64,000 nucleotides of DNA from a virus (taxonomy: Duplodnaviria; Caudoviricetes), in IMG/VR virus record IMGVR_UViG_3300028591_000122, positions 32,001 to 96,000 of that record; one strand, given 5' to 3'. Position 1 is the stretch's first letter. Every line of letters begins with the position of its first letter. A model generated the notes under the pieces. The model ran no database searches, had not been told where the DNA came from, and was given only the letters and a program-made list of their open reading frames with translations. A program made the position numbers and the translations under genes. Positions 17,834 through 28,203 of this stretch are shown piece after piece.

Positions 17834-19342
17834 ATGGCTGAATTAAAAGACAACCATACGGTTGCCGAAAATAATACTATAATGTTTAAAAAGGCTATGG
17901 ACTCAACACTCACACGGTTGCGAGATGTAAATAAAATCATTAATCCATCAATAAGAGCCATCAATAAAGATGAACTTAAGCAGTGGATTAAGAACACTGG
18001 CAACAATGAGAAGAATTTGAGGAACACGGCAAGGTATTTATATTACCGCTCTAATATTTTCTTTAGATTGGTTAATTGGTATGCGTCAATGTTTTGTCTT
18101 GATTGCAGGATAGTCTCACCTAACTACGATATGACAAAAGAAGGTAGCAATTCTGCTAAAGACATATTGCGTTCATATAGCAATACCCTTGATTGTCTTG
18201 ACGTTTTAAACTTACAAGATAATATGTTACCTGTTCTTATTACGGTGTTCAGAGAAGATGTTTATTACGGAATAATTCTTCGTGGGGATAAAGGTAATTT
18301 CTTTTATCAGTTAGACCCAGATGAATGTGTAATAGACGGCGTATATGAAGACTATGGTTGTTACGGATTCTCTGTAGATATGTCCAAATGGAGAAATGCC
18401 AACAAACAGGCACTTATCGAAATGATAGGCTCTCCTCTTAAAGAAATGTATGCAGAGTATGAAAAAGACCCGTCTCATAAATACGTACATTGTCCTGCGA
18501 AATATAGCGTATGCTTTAAGTTTAGAACAGACACATATAATATGAATATACCTCCTTTCTTGCCATTGTTCTTACAATTGGCAGGGTTGGAAGACCTTGT
18601 TGATATTCAGTCTGAAGCCGATGCATTAGCAATCTACAAACTCATTTATATGCCGATGGAGGTTTTATCTGGGGCAAAAGATGCAGACGACTTCGAAGTC
18701 AGTCCAGACTTGGCTTCTGCATATTTCCAGAGAATGATTGACACAGGGCAGATACCTGAAAATGTAGGTAAAGGTGTTATTCCCGGCAAAGAACTTAAAA
18801 CAATTGATTTCGAGAAGAGCGTAGACAAAGACACTAACAGTGTTGAAATCTCATCTAATCAAATCTTGCAGACCGCTGGTGGTGGAGCGGTTATAAATGC
18901 AAATAAAATTACAAGCACCGCCGCTTTTAACGCGTGGTTAAAGGCAGAAACTGAATTTGCCATTTCTCCTTTAATTCCGCAAATCAATGGCTTCTGTAAT
19001 ATGCAATTAAGTTATATGATGACGAAGCCTGCGAAAGTAAAGCATTTCGAATGTTCCGTATATACGAAAGAGGAACTCGCAAAGAGTATGCTCGAAAGTT
19101 GTCAATACGGATATTCAAATAGACTTGCTTACGGCACTCTCATTGGTGTAAGCGAAAAAGAACAACTCGCTCAGATTTACCTAGAAACCGAAGTGCTTAA
19201 ATTACAAGACAAGATGATTTACCCTTTGAGTTCATCATTCACTACGAGTAATGATGGGTACACCCCAGAAACTGGACAAGGCGCACCCGAGAAAGACCCG
19301 AGTGATTTAACACCCGAAGGAGACCGCAGTAGAAATATTTAA
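17834..19342 (+). CDS. portal protein
   Basis: 502 aa directly after terL; AGGAGG RBS; size and position fit a portal. Confidence 0.8.
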   Translation: MAELKDNHTVAENNTIMFKKAMDSTLTRLRDVNKIINPSIRAINKDELKQWIKNTGNNEKNLRNTARYLYYRSNIFFRLVNWYASMFCLDCRIVSPNYDMTKEGSNSAKDILRSYSNTLDCLDVLNLQDNMLPVLITVFREDVYYGIILRGDKGNFFYQLDPDECVIDGVYEDYGCYGFSVDMSKWRNANKQALIEMIGSPLKEMYAEYEKDPSHKYVHCPAKYSVCFKFRTDTYNMNIPPFLPLFLQLAGLEDLVDIQSEADALAIYKLIYMPMEVLSGAKDADDFEVSPDLASAYFQRMIDTGQIPENVGKGVIPGKELKTIDFEKSVDKDTNSVEISSNQILQTAGGGAVINANKITSTAAFNAWLKAETEFAISPLIPQINGFCNMQLSYMMTKPAKVKHFECSVYTKEELAKSMLESCQYGYSNRLAYGTLIGVSEKEQLAQIYLETEVLKLQDKMIYPLSSSFTTSNDGYTPETGQGAPEKDPSDLTPEGDRSRNI

Positions 19343-19356
19343 GTAAGGAGGAAAGG

Positions 19357-19680
19357 ATGATGACAATCTGGCAATGGTTAAGCTTTTTTGGTATTCCGAC
19401 AGCCGTGTTCGGTGCTACCTTTACATACTTTGCAACCAAGTTAAAGAAGTATAAAAAGGAACAAGATGCCATTAGAAATGGTATTCAAGCATTGTTACGC
19501 GCTGAAATGATTTCAAGTTATAATAAATATAACGACCTCGGATATGCACCCATTTACGCTAAAGAAAACTTTGAGAATGTATATATAAACTATCATTCTT
19601 TAGGTTTGAACGGCGTGATGGACGGGATTAGAAAATCATTCATGGACTTACCTACAGAAGACCCGAACAAAAATGAGTAA
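19357..19680 (+). CDS. membrane-anchored phage protein (holin-like/hypothetical)
   Basis: N-terminal TM; GIQALLR...YHSLGLNG pattern. Confidence 0.6.
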   Translation: MMTIWQWLSFFGIPTAVFGATFTYFATKLKKYKKEQDAIRNGIQALLRAEMISSYNKYNDLGYAPIYAKENFENVYINYHSLGLNGVMDGIRKSFMDLPTEDPNKNE

Positions 19681-19702
19681 TAAAAAGTAGGAGGATTTTA
19701 AA

Positions 19703-19882
19703 ATGATAAAATTAGTCGATAAGAAACCAGACGGCACTTCCTATTTCATTGCTGACACGGACGCAGATGTTGCGAATCTTCCTACTGATGTAAGTGTTGG
19801 CAGTTCCTGTTTTGTAATAGGAGATGGAAGTGGAAGTAAAGCGTATATGATTAACAACTCACAGACTTGGGTTAAAATCTAA
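19703..19882 (+). CDS. small virion-associated protein (59 aa)
   Basis: Manually read ORF MIKLVDKK...ADTDADVANLP...VGSSC; AGGAGG RBS. Confidence 0.65.
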   Translation: MIKLVDKKPDGTSYFIADTDADVANLPTDVSVGSSCFVIGDGSGSKAYMINNSQTWVKI

Positions 19883-19895
19883 AGGCGGTGGTTAA

Positions 19896-21440
19896 ATGGA
19901 TATTGAAACATTAAGTCTTGCAAAGAACTATGCCGATTTGATTTTGAAAAAATCCTTTATAGACAACACCGACATAGATTTTATATATGATGAAGATGGT
20001 GGAGCAAATTATTTTTTGATAAGAGTATACCGAGATAAACTTGACGGTTCGCAACAATATCCTTTGGTATTGTGTCCCGAATCTGGAGAAACCGGAACTA
20101 TGTCAACAAAAGATTTGCAAAACATTTATGACTTTGACCTTGCGATTAATGCTGGTATTTTTAACACAACAGATGTTACACCAGACGGTATAGTCATAGA
20201 AAACGGAACGGTAATTAAAAACTCTCCGTCTGCCACCCATAGTCAATGCAGACCTTTAACGATTAACAGACAAGGCACTCTTGGGTATGCCGCATATGAT
20301 GCAGATGCTCAAACCTTGGTTAATAATGGTATTTACTCTGCTGTGTGCGGCTTTATGGAAATCATTCGTGACTATGAGAAAGTTCCTAGCAGTGAGTGGA
20401 ATAATGTTAGTCATTATACGGAGAATTGTCAGAGACAAATCATCGGACAATTTGGGAATGGTGACTATGGAATTATGACTTGTGAAGGACGTAATTATGA
20501 CAATTCTGACGGCTGGACAGTAGAAGAAGCACAAGACGCTTGTGTAAAGCACGGCTTTAAATTTGCTTATCTGCTTGATGGTGGTGGTTCAACAGAAAGT
20601 ATGATGCACCAAAGACATATCAACACTATTTACGAAAGTACAACAGGACGAAAAGTTCCTACGTTTATAGTGTTCAATGGAAGCACTACAATAGAGCCAA
20701 AAAAAATAATTATACCACAAGGCAACCTAATGAAATGCATTGATGAAAATGTTACCGTTGGAGTGCTTGGATTGAAATTCAATTATGTTCCCAATCCTGA
20801 AGATTTGGAAATTATAGGCAACTGGTCAAATCAAGTTGAAAATATTATTATAGACGGTTCTTATTGGGACACTCAACATACGGTTTATTTGATGTTTTCA
20901 AATTTCTTATCTGCCGGAGAATGTTATATTACAATTCGTGATAAGCGTTATGATGTGGTTTCTACTCCTATTCACGTTGTGGTTGATAAGATTGACAAGA
21001 GCAATATCATGCAAGTAAATCAAGTTACTGATGTGTATAAAGATGGAGACGCATTTGTTACTTTAAACGATAAACAGCGAGCCATATTATACGCAAATGC
21101 TTCTGATATAAGGTCTATATATTTACAGAACACTACAACAGAATCTGGCTATTATGCAATTCCATTGCGAGCAGATGTTAATTCTATTATGTTTATTGGT
21201 AGTATTGGAAATGTTAATGTAACACATTCCATGCAACTTTATATATTTGAAGACAATAAACACAATAGAATTGTCGACCCCGGTTGGACCAATGGAGGAA
21301 GTAAGACATATGACTTAACCTCATATAGACAAAGTTATCCCGATACACAATTATACGTTACCTTCAAAATGAGAAGGACGGATTGGGGAAATATTTCCGA
21401 TTGGGACGAAGTTAATATGGGAATCACGTTCTATTCATAG
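19896..21440 (+). CDS. phosphodiester glycosidase (NAGPA/DUF2233-like) domain protein with C-terminal beta-rich domain
   Basis: AINAGIF, RQIIGQ, CEGR and AYLLDGGGST motifs. Confidence 0.75.
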   Translation: MDIETLSLAKNYADLILKKSFIDNTDIDFIYDEDGGANYFLIRVYRDKLDGSQQYPLVLCPESGETGTMSTKDLQNIYDFDLAINAGIFNTTDVTPDGIVIENGTVIKNSPSATHSQCRPLTINRQGTLGYAAYDADAQTLVNNGIYSAVCGFMEIIRDYEKVPSSEWNNVSHYTENCQRQIIGQFGNGDYGIMTCEGRNYDNSDGWTVEEAQDACVKHGFKFAYLLDGGGSTESMMHQRHINTIYESTTGRKVPTFIVFNGSTTIEPKKIIIPQGNLMKCIDENVTVGVLGLKFNYVPNPEDLEIIGNWSNQVENIIIDGSYWDTQHTVYLMFSNFLSAGECYITIRDKRYDVVSTPIHVVVDKIDKSNIMQVNQVTDVYKDGDAFVTLNDKQRAILYANASDIRSIYLQNTTTESGYYAIPLRADVNSIMFIGSIGNVNVTHSMQLYIFEDNKHNRIVDPGWTNGGSKTYDLTSYRQSYPDTQLYVTFKMRRTDWGNISDWDEVNMGITFYS

Positions 21441-21452
21441 GAGAAAAAGGAT

Positions 21453-21623
21453 ATGCAATATTTCATAAAGACTTCTGATGAAGAAGTTGCTAAAGAACTT
21501 CGAGAGAGTGGATATCAAGAATTATCCAAAAGCGGTAAGTTCTTTGTATTTATTAACGATACATCAAAGGTAAAAACTTTTGATAAAGAGAAAGTAATAT
21601 ACACGAATAATCTTTGTGTATAG
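21453..21623 (+). CDS. small conserved phage protein (56 aa)
   Basis: Manually read ORF MQYFIKTSDEEVAKEL...FVFIND; RBS present. Confidence 0.65.
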   Translation: MQYFIKTSDEEVAKELRESGYQELSKSGKFFVFINDTSKVKTFDKEKVIYTNNLCV

Positions 21624-21637
21624 GAAAGGAATTAACA

Positions 21638-23329
21638 ATGCCTAAAACAATTTTGACGATGGATGAATTGGTTAAGTTTTGTGTAGAACACAACTTCCAA
21701 CATTTTTCTTCATCCGAATCGGGATATGAATTAGCCGTTAAAATTCCTGCTACATTTGAAATTGATGAAACTGATGATTCTAACCAGAGAGGAATGTTAA
21801 GACTTAAATATAAGTTATTCCATTTGGGTAGGAACCGTAATGGCAGCAATGTATCAAGAGAATCTGGCGAAGAGTCTTTACCGACAATCGCAAGCAGACC
21901 CGTTCTTGCCGCCATCCATCAGTTAGATAATGGAGAATGGGATTTTCACTCTCACGATATGGAAGTTGTGAAGAATGAAAATGGAGAAGAGGAACTTCAA
22001 TATATCGAAAAGCAAGTAGGTTCGTTTTCGGGATTCCCCGATGAACAACCCTATATTGAATACGACGAGGAGACAGGCAAAGATTTCGTGTTTGCGTATG
22101 CTTATATTCCAAGAGAATATACTAAAACAGCAGAGATTATTGAACGCAAAGGTGGAAGTAAGAACTCTGTCGAATTGCATATTGAAGAAATGGCTTATAA
22201 TGCAAAAGAAAAATATCTTGACCTTAAAAAGTTCTATGTAAGCGGTTCTACACTGTTAGGTAGCGAACCAGACGGAACCGAAATTGAAGAGGGTATGTTG
22301 GGAAGTAGAGCAGATATTGCAGACTTCAAAGCAGAACCTCAGACATTCGAAGCGAATGCCGAATTGATTAAAGTGCTTGAGAATCTTAATAATACTCTCT
22401 CTCGCTTTAATATAAACGACTCTTTAGGAAAGGAGGAAGGAGAAGTGAAGAAGAAAGAAATTGAAGGTGCAGTTCAAGAGACTTTTGATTTAAGTGGCTC
22501 TAGTGAACCTGAAGGAGACGCAACTGTTGACGGTGGTGAAGCTGATAACGAATCTGGTGGTGAGCCTAGCGGTGAACCTCAAGGGGCAGAACCCGGTGCT
22601 CTTTTATCTGGAGCAAATGAAGGAGATTCTAGCGACGGAGAGGCTCCTCAAATCATTGATGATGGTTCGGATGCAGAAGCACTTAAGAAAATCACATATT
22701 CCATTACTACCGTTGATGGAGTAAATAGAGAATTTGGTCTCTCCGTTTCTGAAAAGATGAATGCCGTATATCATATGATTTCCGCAACTTATGGTGCTGA
22801 AGACAATGAATGGTATGACGTAGATTTGTTTGAAGAAGACGGCTATGTTGAGATGTACGGTTGGTTCACTGGAAAGAACTACAGACAGAATTGCCATTTT
22901 GACAATGACGAGTTTATTCTTGATGGAGAAAGAGTTGAAATCTTCCGTCAGTATGTAACACAAGAAGAACGCGACGCTCTTGATAGTATGCGTGCTAATT
23001 ATGCACAAATGGCAGAAGAACTCAAGAACTATAAAGAAGAACCCGACAAGATGGAGATTCTTAATTCTGATGACTATTCCAAAATTGAGAATACTAAAGA
23101 GTTTGAAGAATTAAAGAAACAGGAATCTCACTTTACTTTATCTATCGAGGAAGTAAGAGCAAAAGCAGACGAGATTCTTCTCGACTATGCAAAACATGGT
23201 CAGTTTAGTGTCCAGACAGAAGAGGCACGTACAGAGACCAAAGCAAACTTTGTTTCTATTCCCGTTCAAAAGGCAAAACCCAACAGATACGGAAATTTGT
23301 TCTCTGGAACAAACAGTATTGAAAAATAG
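21638..23329 (+). CDS. prohead protease/scaffold protein
   Basis: HLGRNRNGS, SVEL and TLLG protease-type N-terminus, acidic linker, coiled-coil C-terminus; lies between portal and capsid. Confidence 0.7.
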   Translation: MPKTILTMDELVKFCVEHNFQHFSSSESGYELAVKIPATFEIDETDDSNQRGMLRLKYKLFHLGRNRNGSNVSRESGEESLPTIASRPVLAAIHQLDNGEWDFHSHDMEVVKNENGEEELQYIEKQVGSFSGFPDEQPYIEYDEETGKDFVFAYAYIPREYTKTAEIIERKGGSKNSVELHIEEMAYNAKEKYLDLKKFYVSGSTLLGSEPDGTEIEEGMLGSRADIADFKAEPQTFEANAELIKVLENLNNTLSRFNINDSLGKEEGEVKKKEIEGAVQETFDLSGSSEPEGDATVDGGEADNESGGEPSGEPQGAEPGALLSGANEGDSSDGEAPQIIDDGSDAEALKKITYSITTVDGVNREFGLSVSEKMNAVYHMISATYGAEDNEWYDVDLFEEDGYVEMYGWFTGKNYRQNCHFDNDEFILDGERVEIFRQYVTQEERDALDSMRANYAQMAEELKNYKEEPDKMEILNSDDYSKIENTKEFEELKKQESHFTLSIEEVRAKADEILLDYAKHGQFSVQTEEARTETKANFVSIPVQKAKPNRYGNLFSGTNSIEK

Positions 23330-23348
23330 AGCTTCGATGCTCTTTTTT
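23328..23348 (+). terminator. short intrinsic terminator
   Basis: AGAGC-TTCGAT-GCTCT followed by a T run. Confidence 0.5.
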
Positions 23349-23380
23349 AATTAAACTAAATTTTATAGGAGGAAAAAAAG

Positions 23381-23857
23381 ATGGCAGTAGATTTTACTAC
23401 TAATCATGCAGATGCCAACGTATCGAAGCTTTTGGCTACGAACTACGGTGGACACATCTACAACGTAACTCTCTCTTCAGCCGCAGATAATGGCAATATT
23501 GTCAAGAGAGGTAATTACAATAGTTTTGACAACTATGACGAAGCAGCCGCTAACTCTTTCAACGGTATTGTTAGAGGACAGGCAGCAGATGGTAACTGGT
23601 ATGTTGAAGTTCTTGCAGACCTCGGTTTCGATGCTCTGCTTGTTTACAATGTACCCGACAATGGATATGACTCACCTTTATCAATCGCAGGCGAGAAGAG
23701 ATTCTATCTTGAAGCAGGCGAAGTAGCAAGAGCGCATCAGCTCTATGCTGGTGATATCTTTGAGGTATCCAAGGAAGCATTTGGCGGTAACTTAAATAAC
23801 CTCAATGCTGGCGTAGCAATCACAACAATCACAAATAAGAAACTCGTGATTGCATAA
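23381..23857 (+). CDS. capsid decoration/stabilising protein
   Basis: 158 aa immediately before the major capsid gene; DNG and AGDIFEVS motifs. Confidence 0.65.
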   Translation: MAVDFTTNHADANVSKLLATNYGGHIYNVTLSSAADNGNIVKRGNYNSFDNYDEAAANSFNGIVRGQAADGNWYVEVLADLGFDALLVYNVPDNGYDSPLSIAGEKRFYLEAGEVARAHQLYAGDIFEVSKEAFGGNLNNLNAGVAITTITNKKLVIA

Positions 23858-23881
23858 TAGGGGAAAGGAGGTAAACAGACA

Positions 23882-24967
23882 ATGTTAGACGTAGCAGTTA
23901 GAAATCTTTTATTTGATGCCGCTAATGGCATTGAAATTTTCGATGAAGACCTTGGACGTGTTATGAACAAATCAGAAGTTGATGAGAAAATCAAAGAACT
24001 TTGCTTTGAGTACACAGGTCTTAATGAGAAATCTACAGATAAGCAGATTAAGAGAGCACTCAAATCAGAGGGCGCTCGTGAATTCTTCGCAGTAATCGAA
24101 GAGATTATTGAAGTAAAGGTACAGCAGGGTCTCGAAGGTCTTGATATCTTCAACAAGTATGTTGATGAAATCAACCTTGCAGACGGTGATGTAAACGAGT
24201 TCTGGGTAGAGAAGGAAACATACCTTCAGGTTGAGAAAGTTTCTGGTTCTCATCATGACTTAATTCAGCAGAAGCTCGCTCCCGGCGAACCTTTTGTTGT
24301 TCCTACAGCATACTATGGTGTTAAAGTTGGACAGGACATTAGACTTTTCCTTACAGGAAAGAAGTCTTGGGCTGCTTTCATTGATGCCGCAGTAAAGGCA
24401 TTCGCTAATTTAATTATCGAACTTATTTACTCCAAGTTCGCTAATGCCGCTTCAACGCTTCCTCTTCCTTCTGGACTTACAGGTTCAGGTGCGTTAGTTG
24501 CCGCTAACAAGGACGACTTTGACCATATCATCGAAGTTGTTGAATCTCTTAACGGTGGTGTTCCCGTAGTTATTATGGGTACAAAGACTGCTCTTAAGAA
24601 GATGAACAACCTTGTTAACAATAGCACAGCAGTTACTTGGATGGCTGCTTCACAGAAAGAGTCTATCGCTCACACAGGTATTCTTGGTGACTATGAAGGT
24701 ACAGACCTTCTTGAAATGCCCCAGAGATACAACCTTGGTGACCTTAGTGCTGCAACAGGCGGTCTTGTTGATAATACTAAATTATTCATCATGCCCGTTG
24801 GTGAAGACAACAAGTTCATCAAATACATTAACGGTGGCGAGACAATTCTCGAAGTTAATGAGATTGGCGAAACTTTGAATGACCAGCAGACATACGAAAT
24901 CCAGAGAAAGATTGGTGTAGGTACTACACTTACAAAATACTTTGGTGTATGGACAATTACTGCGTAA
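23882..24967 (+). CDS. major capsid protein
   Basis: 361 aa; AAGGAGG RBS; strongly biased codon usage; position in the head module. Confidence 0.8.
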   Translation: MLDVAVRNLLFDAANGIEIFDEDLGRVMNKSEVDEKIKELCFEYTGLNEKSTDKQIKRALKSEGAREFFAVIEEIIEVKVQQGLEGLDIFNKYVDEINLADGDVNEFWVEKETYLQVEKVSGSHHDLIQQKLAPGEPFVVPTAYYGVKVGQDIRLFLTGKKSWAAFIDAAVKAFANLIIELIYSKFANAASTLPLPSGLTGSGALVAANKDDFDHIIEVVESLNGGVPVVIMGTKTALKKMNNLVNNSTAVTWMAASQKESIAHTGILGDYEGTDLLEMPQRYNLGDLSAATGGLVDNTKLFIMPVGEDNKFIKYINGGETILEVNEIGETLNDQQTYEIQRKIGVGTTLTKYFGVWTITA

Positions 24968-24990
24968 TTTTTACATAGGAGAAAAAGGAA

Positions 24991-25593
24991 ATGGCAAAAT
25001 CTAAAAAAGAAGAAGTAATGCTTGATTTTGACGAGACACCCAAGAAGAGTGTTTCTAAAAAGACAGAAGAGCCTGTCAAGGAAGAAAAGAAGGAAGTAAA
25101 GCCTAAAACAATCAAAAACGTTAAGGAATCCAAATTCAATGATAAAGACTTAATTCCCTGCAAGTCTGTGACAAGTGGGGGATTAAGTTTTATCGGAGCA
25201 AGTGGAAATAAAGTTCGCTTTGAAGATTATGGTATGGTTGAATACGTAGAGTACGGTGATTTAAGAAGAGAAGCACAAAGTGCTAATCCTACAAATTACT
25301 TATTCTATCCGAGATTCATCGTACTTGATTCTGACTTTATTGAAGAGTTTCCCAAATTGGAAGAGTTTTATAATAAGTTCTACACAGACGAAGGAGACTT
25401 TGAAGCCATTCTTGAAATGGACAACGACCAGATGATTGAAGCGATAGAGAAACTTCCCAAAGGCTGTAAAGAATGTCTCAAGGGAATTGTGTCTACCAAA
25501 ATAGACGCAGGAGAATTGGACAGCGTACAGAAGATTAAAGTCCTTGATGGAATCTTTAAAACAAATATGCTTCTTACATTAGCAAATAATTAA
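24991..25593 (+). CDS. conserved head-module protein
   Basis: ORF track; directly follows the capsid gene. Confidence 0.6.
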   Translation: MAKSKKEEVMLDFDETPKKSVSKKTEEPVKEEKKEVKPKTIKNVKESKFNDKDLIPCKSVTSGGLSFIGASGNKVRFEDYGMVEYVEYGDLRREAQSANPTNYLFYPRFIVLDSDFIEEFPKLEEFYNKFYTDEGDFEAILEMDNDQMIEAIEKLPKGCKECLKGIVSTKIDAGELDSVQKIKVLDGIFKTNMLLTLANN

Positions 25594-25612
25594 AGAAACG
25601 GAGGTGTTTAAT

Positions 25613-26083
25613 ATGGCATCTCTGCTTTATGAGAAAATCAACGAGACTCTTTTAAGAAAAATTACTGATTGTGATATTTTACATATTCCCGAAGAAGACG
25701 GTAACAAGCAATTGGCTGGTTACTTACATTCAACCGTATCTAAACCCTATTGTCGCAGACTCTTTTCGTCTCTTTTATTAGACGACGAATTAGAAGAGGT
25801 TACTTATGACCTCAATGTTACAACCGACGAAAGTCAAGATGAGGACTTTGTTACGGAAATGCTCGCATTAGGTATGTTAATTGAATGGACAGAGCCTATG
25901 GTTAATTCCAGACTCAATCAAAAACAATTGATTACGAGTAGTAAAGAATCAAAGTTTTATTCTCAACAAGCCCATATGGACACGTTGCAAACGATGTACG
26001 ATGCGGCTGTTAAGAAACAAAGAGACTTAATAAGGGACAGAGGGTACATTTATAATCCATTTAATGGAGGTACCAATGGTTAA
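25613..26083 (+). CDS. putative head-tail adaptor
   Basis: Position and size; KFYSQQAH motif; GGAGG RBS. Confidence 0.55.
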   Translation: MASLLYEKINETLLRKITDCDILHIPEEDGNKQLAGYLHSTVSKPYCRRLFSSLLLDDELEEVTYDLNVTTDESQDEDFVTEMLALGMLIEWTEPMVNSRLNQKQLITSSKESKFYSQQAHMDTLQTMYDAAVKKQRDLIRDRGYIYNPFNGGTNG

Positions 26084-26408
26084 ATACAAATACGGGAAAC
26101 TTAAATCACAACAAATTAAAGACATAAAAGAGACTATGAGAAAGCAAATATTCTTTTTGCTTTTATTGGCTGACCCTGCCACAAAAGGGCAATATCCCGA
26201 CGTGGATATACAACGCGCATTTGATAATCTTATGTATAAAATCAATGGGTTTAATAGTCTTCTCTCTTATCCTTGCGAGGTAATGGATGTTCTCATCATA
26301 CTTCAAGAAGCGAGAGAAGAACTCAATAAGCCCGAATTAGATTTTGAGACATATAGAAAACTTGTATTAGATGCAGGAGCAAGTGTTCAAAAGATAAAGG
26401 AGGTGTGA
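26076..26408 (+). CDS. hypothetical neck-region protein
   Basis: ORF overlapping the upstream gene; GGAGG RBS. Confidence 0.55.
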   Translation: MVKYKYGKLKSQQIKDIKETMRKQIFFLLLLADPATKGQYPDVDIQRAFDNLMYKINGFNSLLSYPCEVMDVLIILQEAREELNKPELDFETYRKLVLDAGASVQKIKEV

Positions 26409-26410
26409 TA

Positions 26411-27625
26411 ATGTCTGCTTTATCGGATTACAAAAAACGAATGGAGAGAGAGGGATTGTATAACGGAGAAATCCGCAAGACCTATGCAGACCAAATTGTC
26501 GAAGCCACTTGGTTTAACGATTTGGCAACTAGAAAATGCTATCTCTTCGACTTTAAACATGACCCTCAACCGTTTCGTTTAAATGACCTTACTCCCGACG
26601 AATCACTACAGATACCGGTTTGGTTAAAGTATATAGTATACAGTTCACAAACATATGCCAAAGATGCGATTACTTATCATATCCAGTTTAAGCCAAGTCA
26701 GGACGGCAAGGACGATATTGTGCCATATTATGAAGAACTCTTCAAGAATAGGTATGACGCATCATTCCCTTGCGGTCTTTATGTGCTTATTCCAGATAAT
26801 CACGGTAAGTATAACAAATGGCTTGTGGTTGATACTGCAAACTATAATGACCCGCAATTCTCTACCTATGAGGTATTGAGATGTGACAAGGTATTTCAGT
26901 GGATATATCAAAACAAGAAATATCAGATGTGTGGAGTATTACGTAGCCAAAATTCGTACAATAGCGGTATATGGATAAAATACAACATCGAGAAAGTAGA
27001 AGACCAACAGCAGTTCTTGTTACCTCTTACTCGTGATACTGAAAACTTATTCTATAATCTGCGAATGATTATAGATAATAAAGTTTTGTCCGAACCTCGT
27101 GCTTGGCATATCACAAAAGTAAATAGGTTAGATGCAAATGGTCTTACGAAAGTCACTTTGGCACAAGATAGATATGACCAGCATAAAGATTACATTGAGT
27201 TAGATGATGACGGAAATGTAATTGGAATGTGGGCAGACTATTACACCGAGGGACAAGCAGAACCTACAGATTCGTATGAAGAATTACCGTCCTTGCGTTC
27301 CGAAATTGTGTATAGCGGATTAAAACCCGAGATTAAAGTCGGAGGTGGCTACAAGAAATTCCTAACGGAATATTATCGTGATGACGAAAAGATTACGCCG
27401 TACGGTTGCGTATGGACATTTGCCATTAAAGATGGGGATACGGTTACTCCGATTGATGAGTCGAGCGGCTTAATAGATGTCGTTACTCTCAGTTTGACCG
27501 AAATGAAGGTTAAGTTTATGGGTGATGGTTCTTATATTGGCAAGGCATTAGTCATAACAAGTACGGCAGAAACGCATTGGACACCAGTGCAGTCGAGTGT
27601 TGAATTTGATATTAAAGGACTTTAA
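26411..27625 (+). CDS. putative head-closure protein with C-terminal Ig-like region
   Basis: Position; beta-rich sequence; AGGAGG RBS. Confidence 0.55.
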   Translation: MSALSDYKKRMEREGLYNGEIRKTYADQIVEATWFNDLATRKCYLFDFKHDPQPFRLNDLTPDESLQIPVWLKYIVYSSQTYAKDAITYHIQFKPSQDGKDDIVPYYEELFKNRYDASFPCGLYVLIPDNHGKYNKWLVVDTANYNDPQFSTYEVLRCDKVFQWIYQNKKYQMCGVLRSQNSYNSGIWIKYNIEKVEDQQQFLLPLTRDTENLFYNLRMIIDNKVLSEPRAWHITKVNRLDANGLTKVTLAQDRYDQHKDYIELDDDGNVIGMWADYYTEGQAEPTDSYEELPSLRSEIVYSGLKPEIKVGGGYKKFLTEYYRDDEKITPYGCVWTFAIKDGDTVTPIDESSGLIDVVTLSLTEMKVKFMGDGSYIGKALVITSTAETHWTPVQSSVEFDIKGL

Positions 27626-27636
27626 GGAGGAGTGTT

Positions 27637-28203
27637 ATGGAATGGACTGATGAAGACGAACAGAGACTCCGAGCTTGGAGGGAAAATATTGATAACGAAG
27701 ACATTCGAATCAAAGAAAAAATAAAAGAGTTGTTGCTTAACAACAAAACTCTAATTCACGTATTGAATAATGAGGAGTTGGAGAAAGCAGATGCTGAACC
27801 CGACGAATATTATTACGTGAACATTTTACCATATTACATTATTTATCCCACTCAAACAAACGTACAGAATTATGTATGTTATGAGACGAACTTTGAAAGA
27901 GTTTCGAGATACAATAATGTGATGAAATATAATCAAATAGTGTTTACTATCTTGTGCGAACAAAAAAACATTGTTGAAGAAAGCACCGGATTGGCGAGAC
28001 ACGACTTGATAGCATCCTTGATATTAGACCAATTTAACTGGAGCAATTACTTCGGACAACAGATTGTGTGTGTTTCGGATAAAACTTCAGTATCAGATAA
28101 CTCCTATGCTTGTAGGACTTTAATCTTCCAGAGTGAAACTCCTCTCAATATCATAAGAACCGATAATATAACTCGCGTCATTAACAACGAGGTGAGAGAA
28201 TGA
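27637..28203 (+). CDS. putative tail terminator/completion protein
   Basis: Position before the tail tube gene; RHDLIAS motif. Confidence 0.5.
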   Translation: MEWTDEDEQRLRAWRENIDNEDIRIKEKIKELLLNNKTLIHVLNNEELEKADAEPDEYYYVNILPYYIIYPTQTNVQNYVCYETNFERVSRYNNVMKYNQIVFTILCEQKNIVEESTGLARHDLIASLILDQFNWSNYFGQQIVCVSDKTSVSDNSYACRTLIFQSETPLNIIRTDNITRVINNEVRE

